A stretch of DNA of 64,000 nucleotides from Phyllobates terribilis (GCF_046119375.1 NW_027362765.1:166718001-166782000); one strand, 5' to 3'; numbered from the stretch's first letter, positions 51,607 to 64,000 are shown. Notes: generated by a model from the sequence alone, not told the origin. Translations and numbers: made by a program.

Positions 51607-53156
51607 CAGGGCCGGCTCCAGGTTTTTCTGGGCCCCGGGCGAAAGAGTCTCAGTGGGCCCCTTTAACACATACCACGATTCATGATGCACAGATACCACA
51701 GAGAAATATATATATATAGTACAATGCAAAGATTTCACTTCTTACATTACATGAGTGATATCTATTGTAAATTCCACAATAGCTCAGAAACCGGTGAATC
51801 GCTCCACACAGAATACTGGCCCCCATATAAGGCTCCATACGGAATACTGGCCCCCATATAACGCTTCATACAGGATACTGGCCCCCATATAAGGCTCCAT
51901 ACGGAATACTGGCCTCCATATAAGGCTCCATATGGAATACTGGCCCCCATATAAGGCTCCATACAGAATACTGGCCCCCATATAAAGCTCCATACAGGAT
52001 ACTGGCCCCCATATAACGCTCCATACAGGATACTGGTCACCTTATAAAACTCCATACAGGATACTGGCCCCCATATAACGCTCCATACAGGATACCGGTC
52101 CCCTTATAACGCTCCATACAGGATACCGGTCCCCTTATAACGCTCCATACAGGATACTGGCCCCCATATAATGCTGCATGCAGGCTGTTACCCCCCACAT
52201 AATGCCCCATACAGGCTGTCCCCCCCTTATAATGCTCCATGCAGGCTGTTACCCCCCACATAATGCCCCATACAGGCCCCCCCCCTTTTAATGCTAAATG
52301 CAGGCTGTTACCCCCCACATAATGCCCCATACAGGCTGCCCCCCCTTATAATGCTCCATGCTGGCTGTTCCCCCCCACATAATGCACTATGCAGGCTGCC
52401 CCCCCCCCTTTATAATGCCCCATGCAGGATGTCCCCCCCCCCTTTATAATGCCCCATGCAGGATGCCCCCCCCCTTCTCTTTATAATGCCCCATGCAGGC
52501 TGTTCCCCCCCCCCTCTATATAATGCCCCATGCAGGATGTCCCCCCCCCCTTTATAATGCCCCATGCAGGATGCCCCCCCCTCTCTTTATAATGCCCCAT
52601 GCAGGATGCCCCCCCCCTTCTCTTTATAATGCCCCATGCAGGCTGTTCCCCCCCCCCCCTCTATATAATGCCCCATGCAGGATGTCCCCCCCCTCTTTAT
52701 AATGCCCCATGCAGGATGCCCCCCCCCTTCTCTTTATACTGCCCCATGCCTCCATACATTAAAAAAAAAAAATCAAATACTCACCTCCCTTCTCCTCACC
52801 TGCTACCTGCTGCCCGCCGCTCGCTGCTCGGCTCCGAACTCCAGCGTTGTCGGTGTCTTCCCGCTCAGCGCTCCCTGTGACGGCTCAGGGGAGGGCGCGG
52901 TGAAAATACGTCACCGCGCCCTCTGACCTGAGACGTCACAGGGAGCGCAGAGCAGGAAGACAGCGGATCTGCGGAGGCACGGGGAGAGGTAAGTATCCGC
53001 CTGCCGGGGCCCTGAGCAAGCGGCGGAGAAGGGAGGGCGCTGACACCGCTCTCCTCCGCCCATAGCCCAGCGGGGTGCGCGACCGCCAGTGGGCCCCTCT
53101 GCCTGCTCAGGGCCCCGGCATTTGCCTGGGTGCGCCGGGTGCTGACGCCGGCCCTG
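51607..53156. mobile_element. hAT-type non-autonomous element with minisatellite interior
   Basis: TIR CAGGGCCGGC / GCCGGCCCTG; 8-bp TSD CAGGAGGG / CAGAAGGG (7/8 match). Internal ~32-bp arrays at 51815-52750. Confidence 0.85.
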
Positions 53157-53264
53157 CAGAAGGGTCCGGTCAAACCCCAATATCACAGCCCTTGTATTCA
53201 TGACTCTCCCTACAAGTATTCGGCTTATGTGAATGATTTACTTTTTTTCATTACCGACCCAGTT

Positions 53265-53777
53265 ATCCCTGGTCCTGGTGTGGCCAGTGTCCTGAAACTG
53301 ATTCCCTGGTCCCAGTGCGGCCAGTCCTGAACCCAAAGTCACTGGTCCCAGTGCGGGCAGTGCTTGAACCTCATCCCCCGGTCCGTGTGCAGCCAGACCC
53401 TGAATCAATATCTGAGACCTGTGTGTCTGAATATGTGCCTATCCGAGTACCATGTATATCCAGACTGCTACAACCAGTCTCCGAACACTGAAGCTGCATC
53501 GGCGGCATCTGTATCCTGAACGGTACCTGAATCAGTCCGGTCTGTCTGTGTCAGTAACCGTTCTGCAAAGGATCCAGAACCTATTAATCTGAATGGAGTC
53601 CAAGTCCATTCCCGTGTCTGCGTACCTGACCCCTGGGGTCCGCAGCTGTAGTACCGGGGACTGTGCAGGAGTTGTAGTGAACACCTGGTAGCTGCTTAGC
53701 TATGCCCCTCCTAGGTAAGGACGGCCCCGTGGCACAGTGGGTCTGCGAAACCACGGGCGCCACTGGGTGCGTCACAC
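53265..53777. mobile_element. LTR-like fragment
   Basis: GC-rich block ending GGCACAGTGG...GCGTCACA; left end not recognisable. Confidence 0.45.
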
Positions 53778-53819
53778 ATATGTTTTAAATACCTGGCGAT
53801 TTTACTACTGAGAGATGTG

Positions 53820-54542
53820 ATCATAAGCAAGGTAGTTAAAATATAACGTTTATTAGATATATATTAAAATTCTTCTTTAGATAAAAAAAAACCAGTGAGC
53901 CATATAATGAACCCTGAGTCTTCTGAATTACCATCAACAGTTTATAGCTGTATATACATGCAAACCATACCTCAAAATGCCAAATACCAAGTATATAGGG
54001 TTTAAAAGAGTCAGCCTCAGTTCATCCAGAACATAGAGGATCATATAGTTAAATATTACCCTTACTAATGTTGGTTGACATTTTTAATAACAATCATATA
54101 GAGATACCATGTATGCGCTCAAAAAAATGTATAAGAGGTCAAGATAATGTTCTCCAACCTGGCACCTAAATAAATCCTGCGACTTCTCTCACAGGAGTGT
54201 GCTAATACATTATCAAGAGCCTTAAGTATACAATGAGATCCCACATGCCCTTTAACAAAAAAAAAAGGTACCATGGACTATAAAGTAAAATCCCACATGC
54301 CCTTTATTCAAAAAAGGTACCGTGGCCCATGTCAGGGAAAAACAACAAAGCCTCACTGAAAGAATCCTTCGGGTTGTTGTTATTCCAAGCAAAATGAAAC
54401 AATCTCACCCAATCCTAAAGTGCAATTGATGGTAATTCAAAAGACCCATGGTTCATTATATGGCTCACTGGGTTTTTTTATCTAAAGAAGAATTTTAATA
54501 TATATCTAATAAACATTATATTTTAACTACCTTGCTTATGAT
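53820..54542. mobile_element. Unclassified fold-back element with ~117-bp inverted arms
   Basis: 53820-53937 is the reverse complement of 54426-54542. No TSD visible. Confidence 0.7.
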
Positions 54543-56581
54543 TTGATTGATCTGGTGGTTACCCCGATAGCTTGTGAACCTGACATATTCATTCAGCTAT
54601 CCCAATTTACTCAAATCAGTCAGAGAGCTGCTCTAGATGGACGAGGAGTGCCTTTTCTTGGTTTGGGAGATGCGGAATTTTTAAAATAAACATTCTTCCA
54701 CGGATTTGGTATGTTTTGCAAGCTCTACCGATTGGGATTCCCTCATCTTTCTTCACGAGCCTCGCATCGGTTCAAACTAATTCATATGGTCTGGGAAACC
54801 CCTTTCACACCAGAGTTAGGAGAACAATTTTATACTGCCCTAAGTCTTTGGGGGTATTGCTTTGCCCAATTTCAGATCTTATTATATCGCTTACCACCTA
54901 CAGTATCTAGAATTTTAGATTGGTGTCGGAATGGTAAGGAAAAAGCCTGGATTGGGATTGAGCAAAGCTTTATGAAAATCTCTCTTATAGCTACCGCTTG
55001 GCTGGACTTGACGTTTGGTTAAAATAGTTAAAGACCACCCTATGGTAGGGGCTACTCTTGCCTGTTGTACTAACCCAGTGGTCCGCTCCCACATTATACT
55101 GCAATCCTACTCCATATATCCTATTTTAGGTACCGGTAATCCGTTATTCCCTCCCTATTTAGATGATTCAGTGTTTTGTTCTTGGCTAAACAGTGGTTAC
55201 TTTAGAAAATCACACTTTGGGGATGGAATTAACTGGCCTTCAAAGGAACATCTACGGTACTTGACATCTGCAATCTATCTCCTCTGGGAGAATGGAGAGT
55301 TGGCCAACTTAGTCACTTTTTTAAATCATTATCGACCAGATCTCTTTATAATAGGGACAAGACGCCTTTTGAAGCTGCTAGTGCAGTTGGGGGATCAAGA
55401 CACACCTTATCCTTTTCATACTCCTTACTGATCGATCCCCCAAATTAACCTGCTCCCTATTTTCAGACTCAATGGGAGGTCGACTTGGGGCTCAATCTTT
55501 CGAGAGAGCAGTGGAGGCTTATCTTTACTCTGAGACACAAATCATCTATCTGCTCTCGCTTTCAAGAAGCTGGCTATAAGCTGCTCTCTCGGTGGTATAG
55601 GGTCCCAACTCGCTTACACTCTATCTTCCTAGACGTTGGAGATGTGGAGATGAAGAGGGTGACTTGCTGCATATTTTTTTGTCATGCAGACTTCTTACTC
55701 CTTTTTGGGATAAAGTCACTGATCACTGATCCTACATTTGATTTAAATTCTATACCTGCCTTCTCCATCCCCTTAAAATTATGTAGATACTCTATCCCAA
55801 AACTTTTAGTCTTCACAGCAAGAGTGTGCATCCCTCTGTTTTGGAAAAAAGATTCTTCTCTGACATTGTCTCTCTGGTTTTCAAAAATGAATGAAGTTAT
55901 GCTAACGGAGAAACTCACCTCCTCAGTCAACAACTGTTATGAAAGACTCTATAAGACCTGGTCCCATGGGATGGAGTTTAGATCCTCCATCGAATATCAG
56001 ACCTTCAGTGTGGAAAATTAAATTCGGCGTCTCAGACTCTTATATCGTTCTCTTCCTCCCCCCAGTCCTTCCTATGTCCTCCTCCTGCTACAACCCCCCC
56101 CCTTTTTCCTCTCTTCTTATCCTTAATCTTGCATTCTCTTCTTTTCACAGCATCTTTTTCTCCAAAATTTCCTGCATGTAGACTCTTACCCACAGCGACA
56201 TGTTGTCGGATTTTTTACCTGGTATAACTTATTCTGCAAAACAGATCTATTAAAAAGTAAAGAAACAAAATTTGTCTCTGTCACAAAGGGGTCAGACCAC
56301 CAGCAATCGGGCACTTATTAGCCTAGTTATCATTATTGGAACACCACTTTAAACCTCTAATGATCTTTTCCATGTCACAACACTGCATCAGTAATTTGCA
56401 GAGAATCTTCCGTATGCACATACCCTCAAGGGGCTAAGATATTTGTATTCCAAACATTCATAGCGTGGGATTTCTACTTATATTAGAACACCAGGTTATG
56501 TATTATATGAGGTGCAGCTGTATTAGTATTGGATTAGTGCAGTATTATTATCTGCTGGGACCTTACGAGTCACTCAGTGAT

Positions 56582-56735
56582 GTCACTTCCAGGACTTCTC
56601 TCACTACTGACAGTGTAACTATTGGTTATAGTGAAAAGCTCCAACATGGCACAGTGTGACAGAGCAAGCAGGAAATTCCTCATGAGCGTTAATAATTGCT
56701 AGGTATCATGGGTTTGGCCAGCAGTGTATATATAG
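56582..56735 (+). promoter_or_regulatory. Proximal promoter of ARF-B (ETS-like sites, kB-like site, TATA)
   Basis: GTCACTTCC at 56582-90, conserved block 56640-76 running into AGGAAATTCC, TATATATA at ~56727-34. Confidence 0.7.
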
Positions 56736-56816
56736 CAGGAGAGCTTTCTGAAAGCATGCACAGCTACCTACTCAAGACCCAGGAGATCCTTACAGAGAGG
56801 AACATTTGCAGCAGAT

Positions 56817-57386
56817 ATGGGTGGTCTCCTGAGCAGCCTCTACCAAACTCTTCTGAACTTCTCTGGAACCAAAGCCCGGATCCTGCTACTGGGTCTTGAT
56901 GCTGCAGGAAAGACAACTCTTCTATATAAACTAAAGCTGAATGAGACGGTCTGTACAATCCCCACCATTGGATTCAATGTCGAAACAGTGGAACCCATTC
57001 GTAACGTCACTTTCACCGTGTGGGACGTGGGAGGTCAGGACAGAATCAGAGCCCTGTGGAAACACTACTTTACAAACACCGACGGTCTGGTTTTTGTGGT
57101 GGACAGTGCCGATCCAGAGAGGTTTGGGGAGGCCAAGGCCGAGCTCATAGCCATCCTTGAAAGTGATGAAATGAGAGGGGTCCCATTTGTGGTGATGGCC
57201 AATAAACAAGATCTACCTAGTGCCCAGAAGCCCATGGAGCTAGCAGAAAAATTCGGACTGATGAAGATGAAAGGACATCAGTGGCACGTTCAAGGCTGTT
57301 GTGCTGCCAATGGAGAAGGACTTGTGGAGGGGCTGGAGGTCCTCAGCAATTTGGTAAAACAGTTTCAAAAGAACAAACAGTTCTGA
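56817..57386 (+). CDS. Single-exon ARF-family small GTPase (ARF-B), 189 aa; paralogue of ARF-A
   Basis: MGGLLS myristoylation motif, [38 protein letters not shown]. 143/186 identities with ARF-A by hand count. Confidence 0.93.
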   Translation: MGGLLSSLYQTLLNFSGTKARILLLGLDAAGKTTLLYKLKLNETVCTIPTIGFNVETVEPIRNVTFTVWDVGGQDRIRALWKHYFTNTDGLVFVVDSADPERFGEAKAELIAILESDEMRGVPFVVMANKQDLPSAQKPMELAEKFGLMKMKGHQWHVQGCCAANGEGLVEGLEVLSNLVKQFQKNKQF

Positions 57387-57792
57387 TTGAGAAACTCTCT
57401 CTAATGACAAAAACTGGCACCATGTGCATTTGGACAGATGTTCTGTGGGCAACACAAGTTTATTTGCCCACTTTCAAGCCACGTATCAAGAACAGTTCAT
57501 ATACTGTATAACTACTACATCATGATGAAAGCATGCTGCTGTCTGGCCCCTAGCTCGGGGTGCCCCCATAAGAAAGCTGGATTTGCAAGCTCCAATGGAC
57601 ATTAAGATCTGAATATGGGAGGGTTTCCTATATCTTTGGGTTGCCAGATAATAACTTCTTAATTGCAGTATCTCACCCTTATCAAAAAGTGAGTCCTATA
57701 TATTGTTTATACTAAGTATAAGAATGTAATTTTATTGTACACATTTATGTTTTGGACATTGTGCATTTATGATGCTTGGAATTTATTTTGTT

Positions 57793-57798
57793 AATAAA
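57793..57798 (+). terminator. Candidate polyadenylation signal for ARF-B
   Basis: AATAAA ~400 bp after the stop; a second AATAAA follows at ~57815. Confidence 0.55.
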
Positions 57799-58384
57799 TG
57801 TTAATTCTGGGATGAATAAATAATTTGATGCTGCAATAAGCTTTAATTTTTGTCATATGCAGACATAGTGGGATCATTTGGGATGCTTGTGCGTGGTATG
57901 GGAAGGGATTCAGATGATCACAAGAGATCAATATTTCAACACGTAGACAATGTCCTTGCAAATAAGCATTATCTTCCCTTTTACATTGTTCAATATTACG
58001 TCTTTACAGTTAATGATTCACAGTTAATGATACAATCCTCGCTGCCTGCAGCCACCACTAGTGGCGCTCACTGCATATGGATTTTATAGCTACTAGTAAG
58101 CTCAATGTGAACTGTTGAAAACTCTATGCAATGAGGTCCCCCTAGTGGTGGCTGCTGGGAAGCACTATGATTGTGAGCGAGGGAAATTGCTGCCCCTTCC
58201 TTTTATAAAATCATTTTCAGAGTTAGTTAATGAGTTCAATTTCTGGTAATAAATAGTTTTCTTACCTCCTCAGGATCGTTCTTTGTGTTGCAGTCACTGG
58301 TCCGGACTAAAATTAGGCTAGCAGGGTCTGAGGGTGTAGGCATCCCAAAGTCATCAACATTGCTGCTGAGTGGTGACATTTTAA

Positions 58385-58753
58385 AGAGATTATCCTGTAA
58401 AAAAGTTATTACCTATTCACTAGATAGGTGATAGCTTGCTGATCGGTGTCAGTCAGACTGTTCAAACCTGCACCAATAGGCAGAACATGGAAGTTGTATC
58501 CACGTTCATTCCCTATGGGGCTACCAAGTGCTGCACTTGGCTTTTTACAGCAGCACAATAAAGAATGTATGGAGGGCGGGCAGGCATTTGACTTTCTCCT
58601 CCATTCTGTAAGAGGGATAAAAGTTCCCCTTTGGGGATAAAAATTCCCCATTTTGCTGATCGGTGTCAGTTCCAGCAGTGGGACACCCACCAATCAGCAA
58701 GTTACCACCTGTCCACATGATAGGTGATTACTTATTTTCATTGGACAGTCCCT
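58385..58753. mobile_element. TTAA-flanked MITE
   Basis: TTAA|AGAGATTATCC ... GGACAGTCCCT|TTAA with degenerate long TIRs (CACCTATC / GATAGGTG, GCTGAT / ATCAGC). Confidence 0.65.
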
Positions 58754-60676
58754 TTAAGTGGCAACCCAACATTTCCCCAAAATAGCCCCGCCCCTTCGGT
58801 CCACCTGGAACGTCATGGTGTAGGCCTCGACCCTTTTAGTCCAGGAGTCCAAGGAAATCTGGGAGAGTTGGCGACTGTGGCATCCTGCCATATAGACAGC
58901 CGGGAGCAGGTATTCCAGTCACTAACACTCACATGAACGCCCACTTCGGTCACACGGTCCTGGTCATGTGACCGCTGAAGCAGACAGAAACTCCCTACAG
59001 CAGTTCCTGCTAAGCAGAGGTCATCTTACAGACTCCCACCTGGAAGTGTTTTCCCTTGTTGTGCGGTGCTCCTTTGCACAACAGGACCAGGTGAGTGGTC
59101 ACAACATCCCCCCCCCCCCCCAAACCTCAGGCTCTTCACCATTGGCGCTCCAACTGCTTTTGTTTCCACTTACACTCACATGGACACACACAACGTGACA
59201 TATACACACAAATGCGGCTTTTACACTCATATAGACTCACTCACACTCTACTTGTGATAATATCAGGATGACTCAGAGAAGCCGCAAGATAAGCAATGCA
59301 TAAAATAATGTAACATAACCTGCCATTATCTAACCATTTTAAGTTACTTTGGAGGCTACAGTAAGCTGTCAGTAAGTAAGCTGTCTTCGGCCACCAGTAA
59401 GCATACAGTATACACAAACCTCTCTCCAGGCTGAAGAAGGTTAGTATTATAATTACACTAATCTTACAAATCAGCAGCAGAACATTGTAAAGATTTCATA
59501 CTAACGCAGACCTTGGCAAAGTGCAACCCACTGGCCACATCCAGCTCTTTGACTGTTCCTGTACGGCCCGCAGGCTAGAAACAGTGGCATCCCGCAAAAC
59601 GCAACAGCGATTTCAACAGTATCTGCATCTTCATGATGCAGGTAGCGGTGAATCCAATGGTGGAACAGGAAACCATTGGCTCACTGAGGCTGCAGTACAC
59701 GCTGCCAGCCAGTCAAAGGCTGGCAGCTGACGTCTGCGTGCCAGGCATTTCTGTCCCATGGCATGCACGCCAATGTCAGTTGCCGATCTCTGCGCCGGCA
59801 GCCGAAGAGGACACCGCATATAGAGGAAGAAGGTGAGTAAATGTATTTATTTTATTTTTTTTTTGCAGAGGCAGAACAGGGAACATATATACAAGGGGGG
59901 TGGGGGGGGGGGCAGGATGGGAGAAATATATACCAGGATGGGGGACATATATATAGCTACTAGTAAGCGCAATGTGAACTGTTGAAAACTCTATGCAATG
60001 AGGTCTCTCTAGTGGTGGCTGCTGGGAAGCACTATGATTGTGAGCGAAGGAAATTGCGGCCCCTTCCTTTTATAAAATCATTTTCAGAATAGTAATAATT
60101 GAGTTAGTTAATGAGTTCAATTCCTGGTAATCAATAGTTTTCTTACCTCCTCAGGATCATTCTTTGTGTTGCAGTCACTGGTCCAGACTAAAATTAGGCA
60201 GCAGAGTCAGAGTGTAGACATTCCAAAGTAGTCAACATTGTTCCATCAGCTGGTCTCTGTATACTCATAGTGCTGCTGTGAATATGCTGGAAATCCCTTC
60301 CTCCTTACAGCTGCTAGGGAAGCTGTAACCCAATCAGCAGTTCACATAGATGGAGGGAGTGGACTGAGGAGGGCCTGCTGGAGACTAGGGGTGGTTCTCT
60401 TGCTGGAGCAGGAGAAGTGTGAGGGTCTGGCAGAGACTGGGGGTGGTGTCTGTGGCTGGAGCAGGAGGAGGGTCTGGCAAAGACTGGGGGTGGTGGCTGG
60501 AACAGGAGGAGGGGGAGGGTCTGGCACAGACTGGGGGTGGTAGCTATGGCTGGGGGAGGGGGGGGGTCTGGCACAGACTGTGGGTGGTGTCTGTGGCTGG
60601 AGCAGGAGGATGGGGAGGGTCTGGCAGAGACTAAGGGTGCTCTCTGTGGGTGGAGCAGTAGGAGGGGGAGGGCCTG

Positions 60677-61068
60677 TGTCACAGGTGTATCAGGTGTTAC
60701 AGACACTCGTTCTGGATCCAGCTGTAGAAGGTCATTGCGCTTGGCTTTACAGGCACCTTCTTGACCTTTTCATCTCTGTAGTGTACTGTACTGTAGAAGT
60801 ACTAGTAGCCAGCTAGTGTATTCTTGGAGTTCCCTTGGAGGATATTGGCGTGATCTCTCTGGTGTCTTCTCAAGCTAAATGTTTCCCTTGTCTCTTTGCC
60901 TGTTTTTCTTTAGTTGTAGTGGGGGCTGACTAGTGCTCATCCTGTCCCATCCCTACCTAGGGCCTATCGCTAGGGGCAGTCAGAGATTAGGTTTCCTGCT
61001 TGACGATAGGTGTGGAACCAATTTAGGGATGTTAGTGGAGACAGTGTGACTGTCAGATCTTCCTAGGG
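60677..61068. mobile_element. Truncated second copy of the 40039-40650 solo LTR with the same left junction
   Basis: GCCTG|TGTCAC junction and several hundred bp of matching LTR sequence; ends after AGATCTTCCTAGGGGT. Confidence 0.8.
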
Positions 61069-62245
61069 GTGTATACTGATAGGAGTGATTTTACACCCCT
61101 GTCAGTATACACTGCTGTCTTCTACAGCAGTGACATCAGTGATTGTTGATGTCACTGCTGTAGAAGTGACACGAATCGTCGTGGGATACTCGGTGGTGAT
61201 CATGGACTGCGTCATTGACGGCGGACAGGTGAGGGATATGGTCGTTTGTTTTGGGTTTTTTTTTCAGGAGATCGAGGGCTTCGCGGACGGAGTGTAATAA
61301 AAAAAATTGTAGAACCGTGTGTTTTTTATTTCATTAAAATACAAATCTAGCCATAATTTTATTGAAAAAGTGGTGACCACTTTACTACACAGTTAGTAAT
61401 GAGGGCGTCTTATAGATGCCCTCCATTACTAACCTGGGCTTCACGTCAGCCGTCAATGCAAGGCTGATGTGAGCCCCAACCCCATTACCCCACTCGCCAC
61501 CGCTACAGGGCAGTTCGAACAGAGGAGGCTAAGTGCCAGATTTGGCGCATCTTATGGATGTGCCATTTCTGGGACTGCTGAGGGGTGATATTAATATTCG
61601 CGGATGGGGCTAGTACCCATGGCCCCTTTCCTGGCTATTAATATCACCCCGCTCTGTGTAGTTTAGCCTTTTCTGGTTAGATTTTATAGGGGGACCACAA
61701 GTCAATTTTTTTCTGGGGTCCCCCTGTAATCTAGCCAGTAAAGACTAAACAAACTGCGCGCACTTTGCTTCCTCTCGGCCCCGTCTCTCCAAGCACTGTG
61801 CAGCAGGGTCCTATTGTGCAGGCGCTGGGGAGTCAATGTCACTTCCTGGCGCCTGCGCAATAGAACCCTGCGGTGCAGTGCATAGAGAGACGGGGCCTAG
61901 AGGGAGCAAAGCGCGCTGTATGTGAGCGCCGCTTTGCGCATGTCCGGCAAGTGAGGGAGAAACGTGCACATCACAGGGCCCTGTGACGTGCAGGGGAGGG
62001 GGTAATTATGATAAATACACACATAGGCGGGGATTTCAGGGATTAATAAACAGATAGGAGGGGATTTCTTGGCGTTCCCCGCAGACCAAGCCTGTGCAAA
62101 ACAGAGTTTATAAAAACACATTTCTCTGCAATCAAACCTCTACTATAGGCCATGCACGTAAGTATAGGTTTACTTTTCTATCACCTGTATGCCCATAGTA
62201 GAGGTCTGATATCGCCCAGTGGGGAAAGATTCCCTTTAACTTAGG

Positions 62246-62472
62246 AAGCCTTTGCAGGTGTTTTTTGTTAATTATTCTAATTTACTGAGATTATGACTTT
62301 TGTGTTTTCATTGGCTGTAAGCCATAATCATCAACATTAACAGAAATAAACACTTGAAATAGATCACTCTGTTTGTAATGACTCTATGTAATATATGAGT
62401 TTCACTTTTTGTATTGAAGAACTGAAATAAATTAACTTTTTGATGATATTCTAATTTAGTGAGATGCACCTG
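62246..62472 (-). mobile_element. Tc1 left-end fragment (TIR plus adjacent sequence), same family as 34038-36921
   Basis: Reverse complement of 35693-35884 plus terminal GAGATGCACCTG|TA. Confidence 0.85.
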
Positions 62473-62959
62473 TAACTGTATACTCTTTCGTTCCCTCCCC
62501 TGCCCTGGAGCTGTGGTATGATCAGACCAGGTTCCTGTACGGTCAGACACAGACATTACACAGTACACAGCAGGGGAACATTTATAAGATTATCTCAGCA
62601 CAGGAACATTTTATTTAAACACATCCAATTGTGGAAATTATTATTATTATTCCAAGATCTATTAATTAAAATGAACATTAGTTCGTGAGAAAACCCCTTT
62701 AAGTACGGATATATGTTTTAATAAAGTGCATGTGCAGACAAAATAAAAGCCATAGGTAAAGGGCAACCAAAGTTAATACTTCAGGTAACACTTCTATTGT
62801 TGCAAAACAGAGACCTAGACTGTCTGATGTATGTTTGCAGCATTACTGCATTAATAAAAAGGTGATATAGCTGTCATTGAAGATATGTGATATAATCTAA
62901 TGCGCACCTCTGAAAAGCCAGATACCGCCGAACAGAAGCCAGACGGAGTCCAGAGTATC

Positions 62960-64000
62960 AAAATACCGAAGAAATGTAAATAGAGGGCGGGGCCCCAATT
63001 GTACATGTAAACTGAAAAAGAGAAAAAAAGACCCCTAAAATATAACCTTTAATCTCTTCATGACAACCGTAACGCATTTTCCGTGAAAATGCGACGCTGA
63101 TCACAAAAAAAATTGTGCCCGCAGTTTCCCAAAGCCCAAGGATAGGACCTTAAGTTGGTAATTACTAAATTCAATATTCGAGAGGTTGATTACCTTCAAC
63201 GTGTTTTCTCCTGAAGGTCCTGAATCCCATTGTGCACCAAATTTATTTCTGAATGATGCAAAACGTGTATTTTAGCGATTAGATTGATTCTGGAATTCAC
63301 TGGAGGTGGATCCATTCGAATTTTTGGAACCATCACTTGAAATTGAGCTGAGAGACTCTGATTTCTTCCTTAGTGGTTTCGATCTCCAGTTAAAAATTCC
63401 TGCATGTCACGTTGATATTTGCCCAGTTTCTGTTTTTAAATCTCTGCTTCCCATTTATTTAATGATGTATTAAGTTCCTAATCCAATTTGGCCCAATCGG
63501 CTGCATTCAATTTTTGCCGTAGTTTCTCCTGTAGTATTTTTATATCACTTTCCATAGTCTCTAGATTATGTTTGTCTATCTCAATCAGAATTTGCAGAAA
63601 TGAATGGGAACAAATATTACAAGCTTCCTCCCACTTTTTCAAAGCTCATCCACCATCTGGATCAAGGGTGAGACTTGTACATGAAGACCACGAGGAACCA
63701 TTTGACGACTCATGTATTGTTGTAATGATGTCATATTCCACCAAGTTTTTTGTTCGCTTTTGAAGCAATTCCTTAATTGTCACTTTATCTCTACCTGTAT
63801 CATCCGACTGATCATTCACATTAGTAAGTCCTGTGTCTTTAAAAATATCCGATAGTTGGGACAACCAATTACCATCCCGACTTTTATAATCCATTATGCC
63901 AGTTCTACGTCAAACCAGATAAATAACCTATACACGCACTATTCCATCATGGCTGCGGGGACGTCGTACGCCGTCTGCGTGTGCGCGCCACTCGCTCTCT
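62960..64000 (-). mobile_element. Penelope-like retroelement 5' fragment, degenerate
   Basis: Across frameshifts it reads MDYKSR...KRTKTWWNMTSLQQYMSRQMVPRGLHVQ...WEEACKICS...KVINLSNIEFSNYQLKVLSLG. The WWN..L..Y...PRGL and VINLS..L..G motifs resemble vertebrate PLE ORF N-termini. Truncated near 63135, before the RT core. Confidence 0.6.

Larger units (their letters stand above)
50830..56270 (+). mobile_element. 5'-truncated degenerate L1 (ORF2 RT through C-terminal Zn knuckle and 3' UTR), split by several insertions; boundaries approximate
   Basis: Segments ~50830-51606 (GKAPGPGG, HPDKTGFMRGREARDN, TDA*KAF, LSPL), 53157-53265 (YVND at the YADD position), ~54630-56021 (INILPR, GGIALPNF, WRCGDEEGDLLHIF), then an A-rich tail near 56250-70. 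Confidence 0.8.

Noticed and set aside
58266-58394. 129-bp minus-strand exon-like segment (TTTTACAG acceptor, GAG|GTAAGA donor, open in phase 0: DNLFKMSP...NDPEE)
   Set aside because: The acceptor comes from the end of a TTAA MITE, the peptide resembles nothing I recognise, and no partner exons were found. RNA-seq junction reads would overturn this.
63920-64000. GC-rich window end with ATGGCTGCG as a possible top2a first exon (expected neighbour by human synteny)
   Set aside because: The peptide does not resemble TOP2A, and the region is contiguous with the minus-strand Penelope-like remnant.

Overview
Eukaryotic (vertebrate, most likely anuran amphibian; inferred from the TE families and minisatellite-filled MITEs) genomic DNA, mostly transposon-derived. 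Host genes: igfbp4 exon 1 and promoter (minus strand, 13098-13443 coding; exons 2-4 not found, probably left of base 1) and three single-exon ARF-family small GTPase genes upstream of it. ARF-A (31586-32146, +) and ARF-B (56817-57386, +) are canonical, about 77% identical by hand count, and share a recognisably conserved promoter. ARF-C (26341-26895, -) is an intact ORF with a myristoylation motif, but its switch-II/interswitch signature (GGQxxxRxxW) is replaced; this is the strongest candidate for new biology. Mobile elements: a Gmr1-like Gypsy with INT before RT-RH and an open pol, four Tc1-superfamily elements (one nested in another's TIR, one DD37E/TRT) plus TIR fragments, a hAT element with an intact 1226-aa BED-finger transposase, degenerate L1 and Penelope-like fragments, solo LTRs with TSDs, many TTAA/TTA/8-bp-TSD MITEs, and mini/microsatellites. 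No rRNA, tRNA or CRISPR array was seen. Coordinates were read by hand; boundaries marked approximate may be off by tens of bases.
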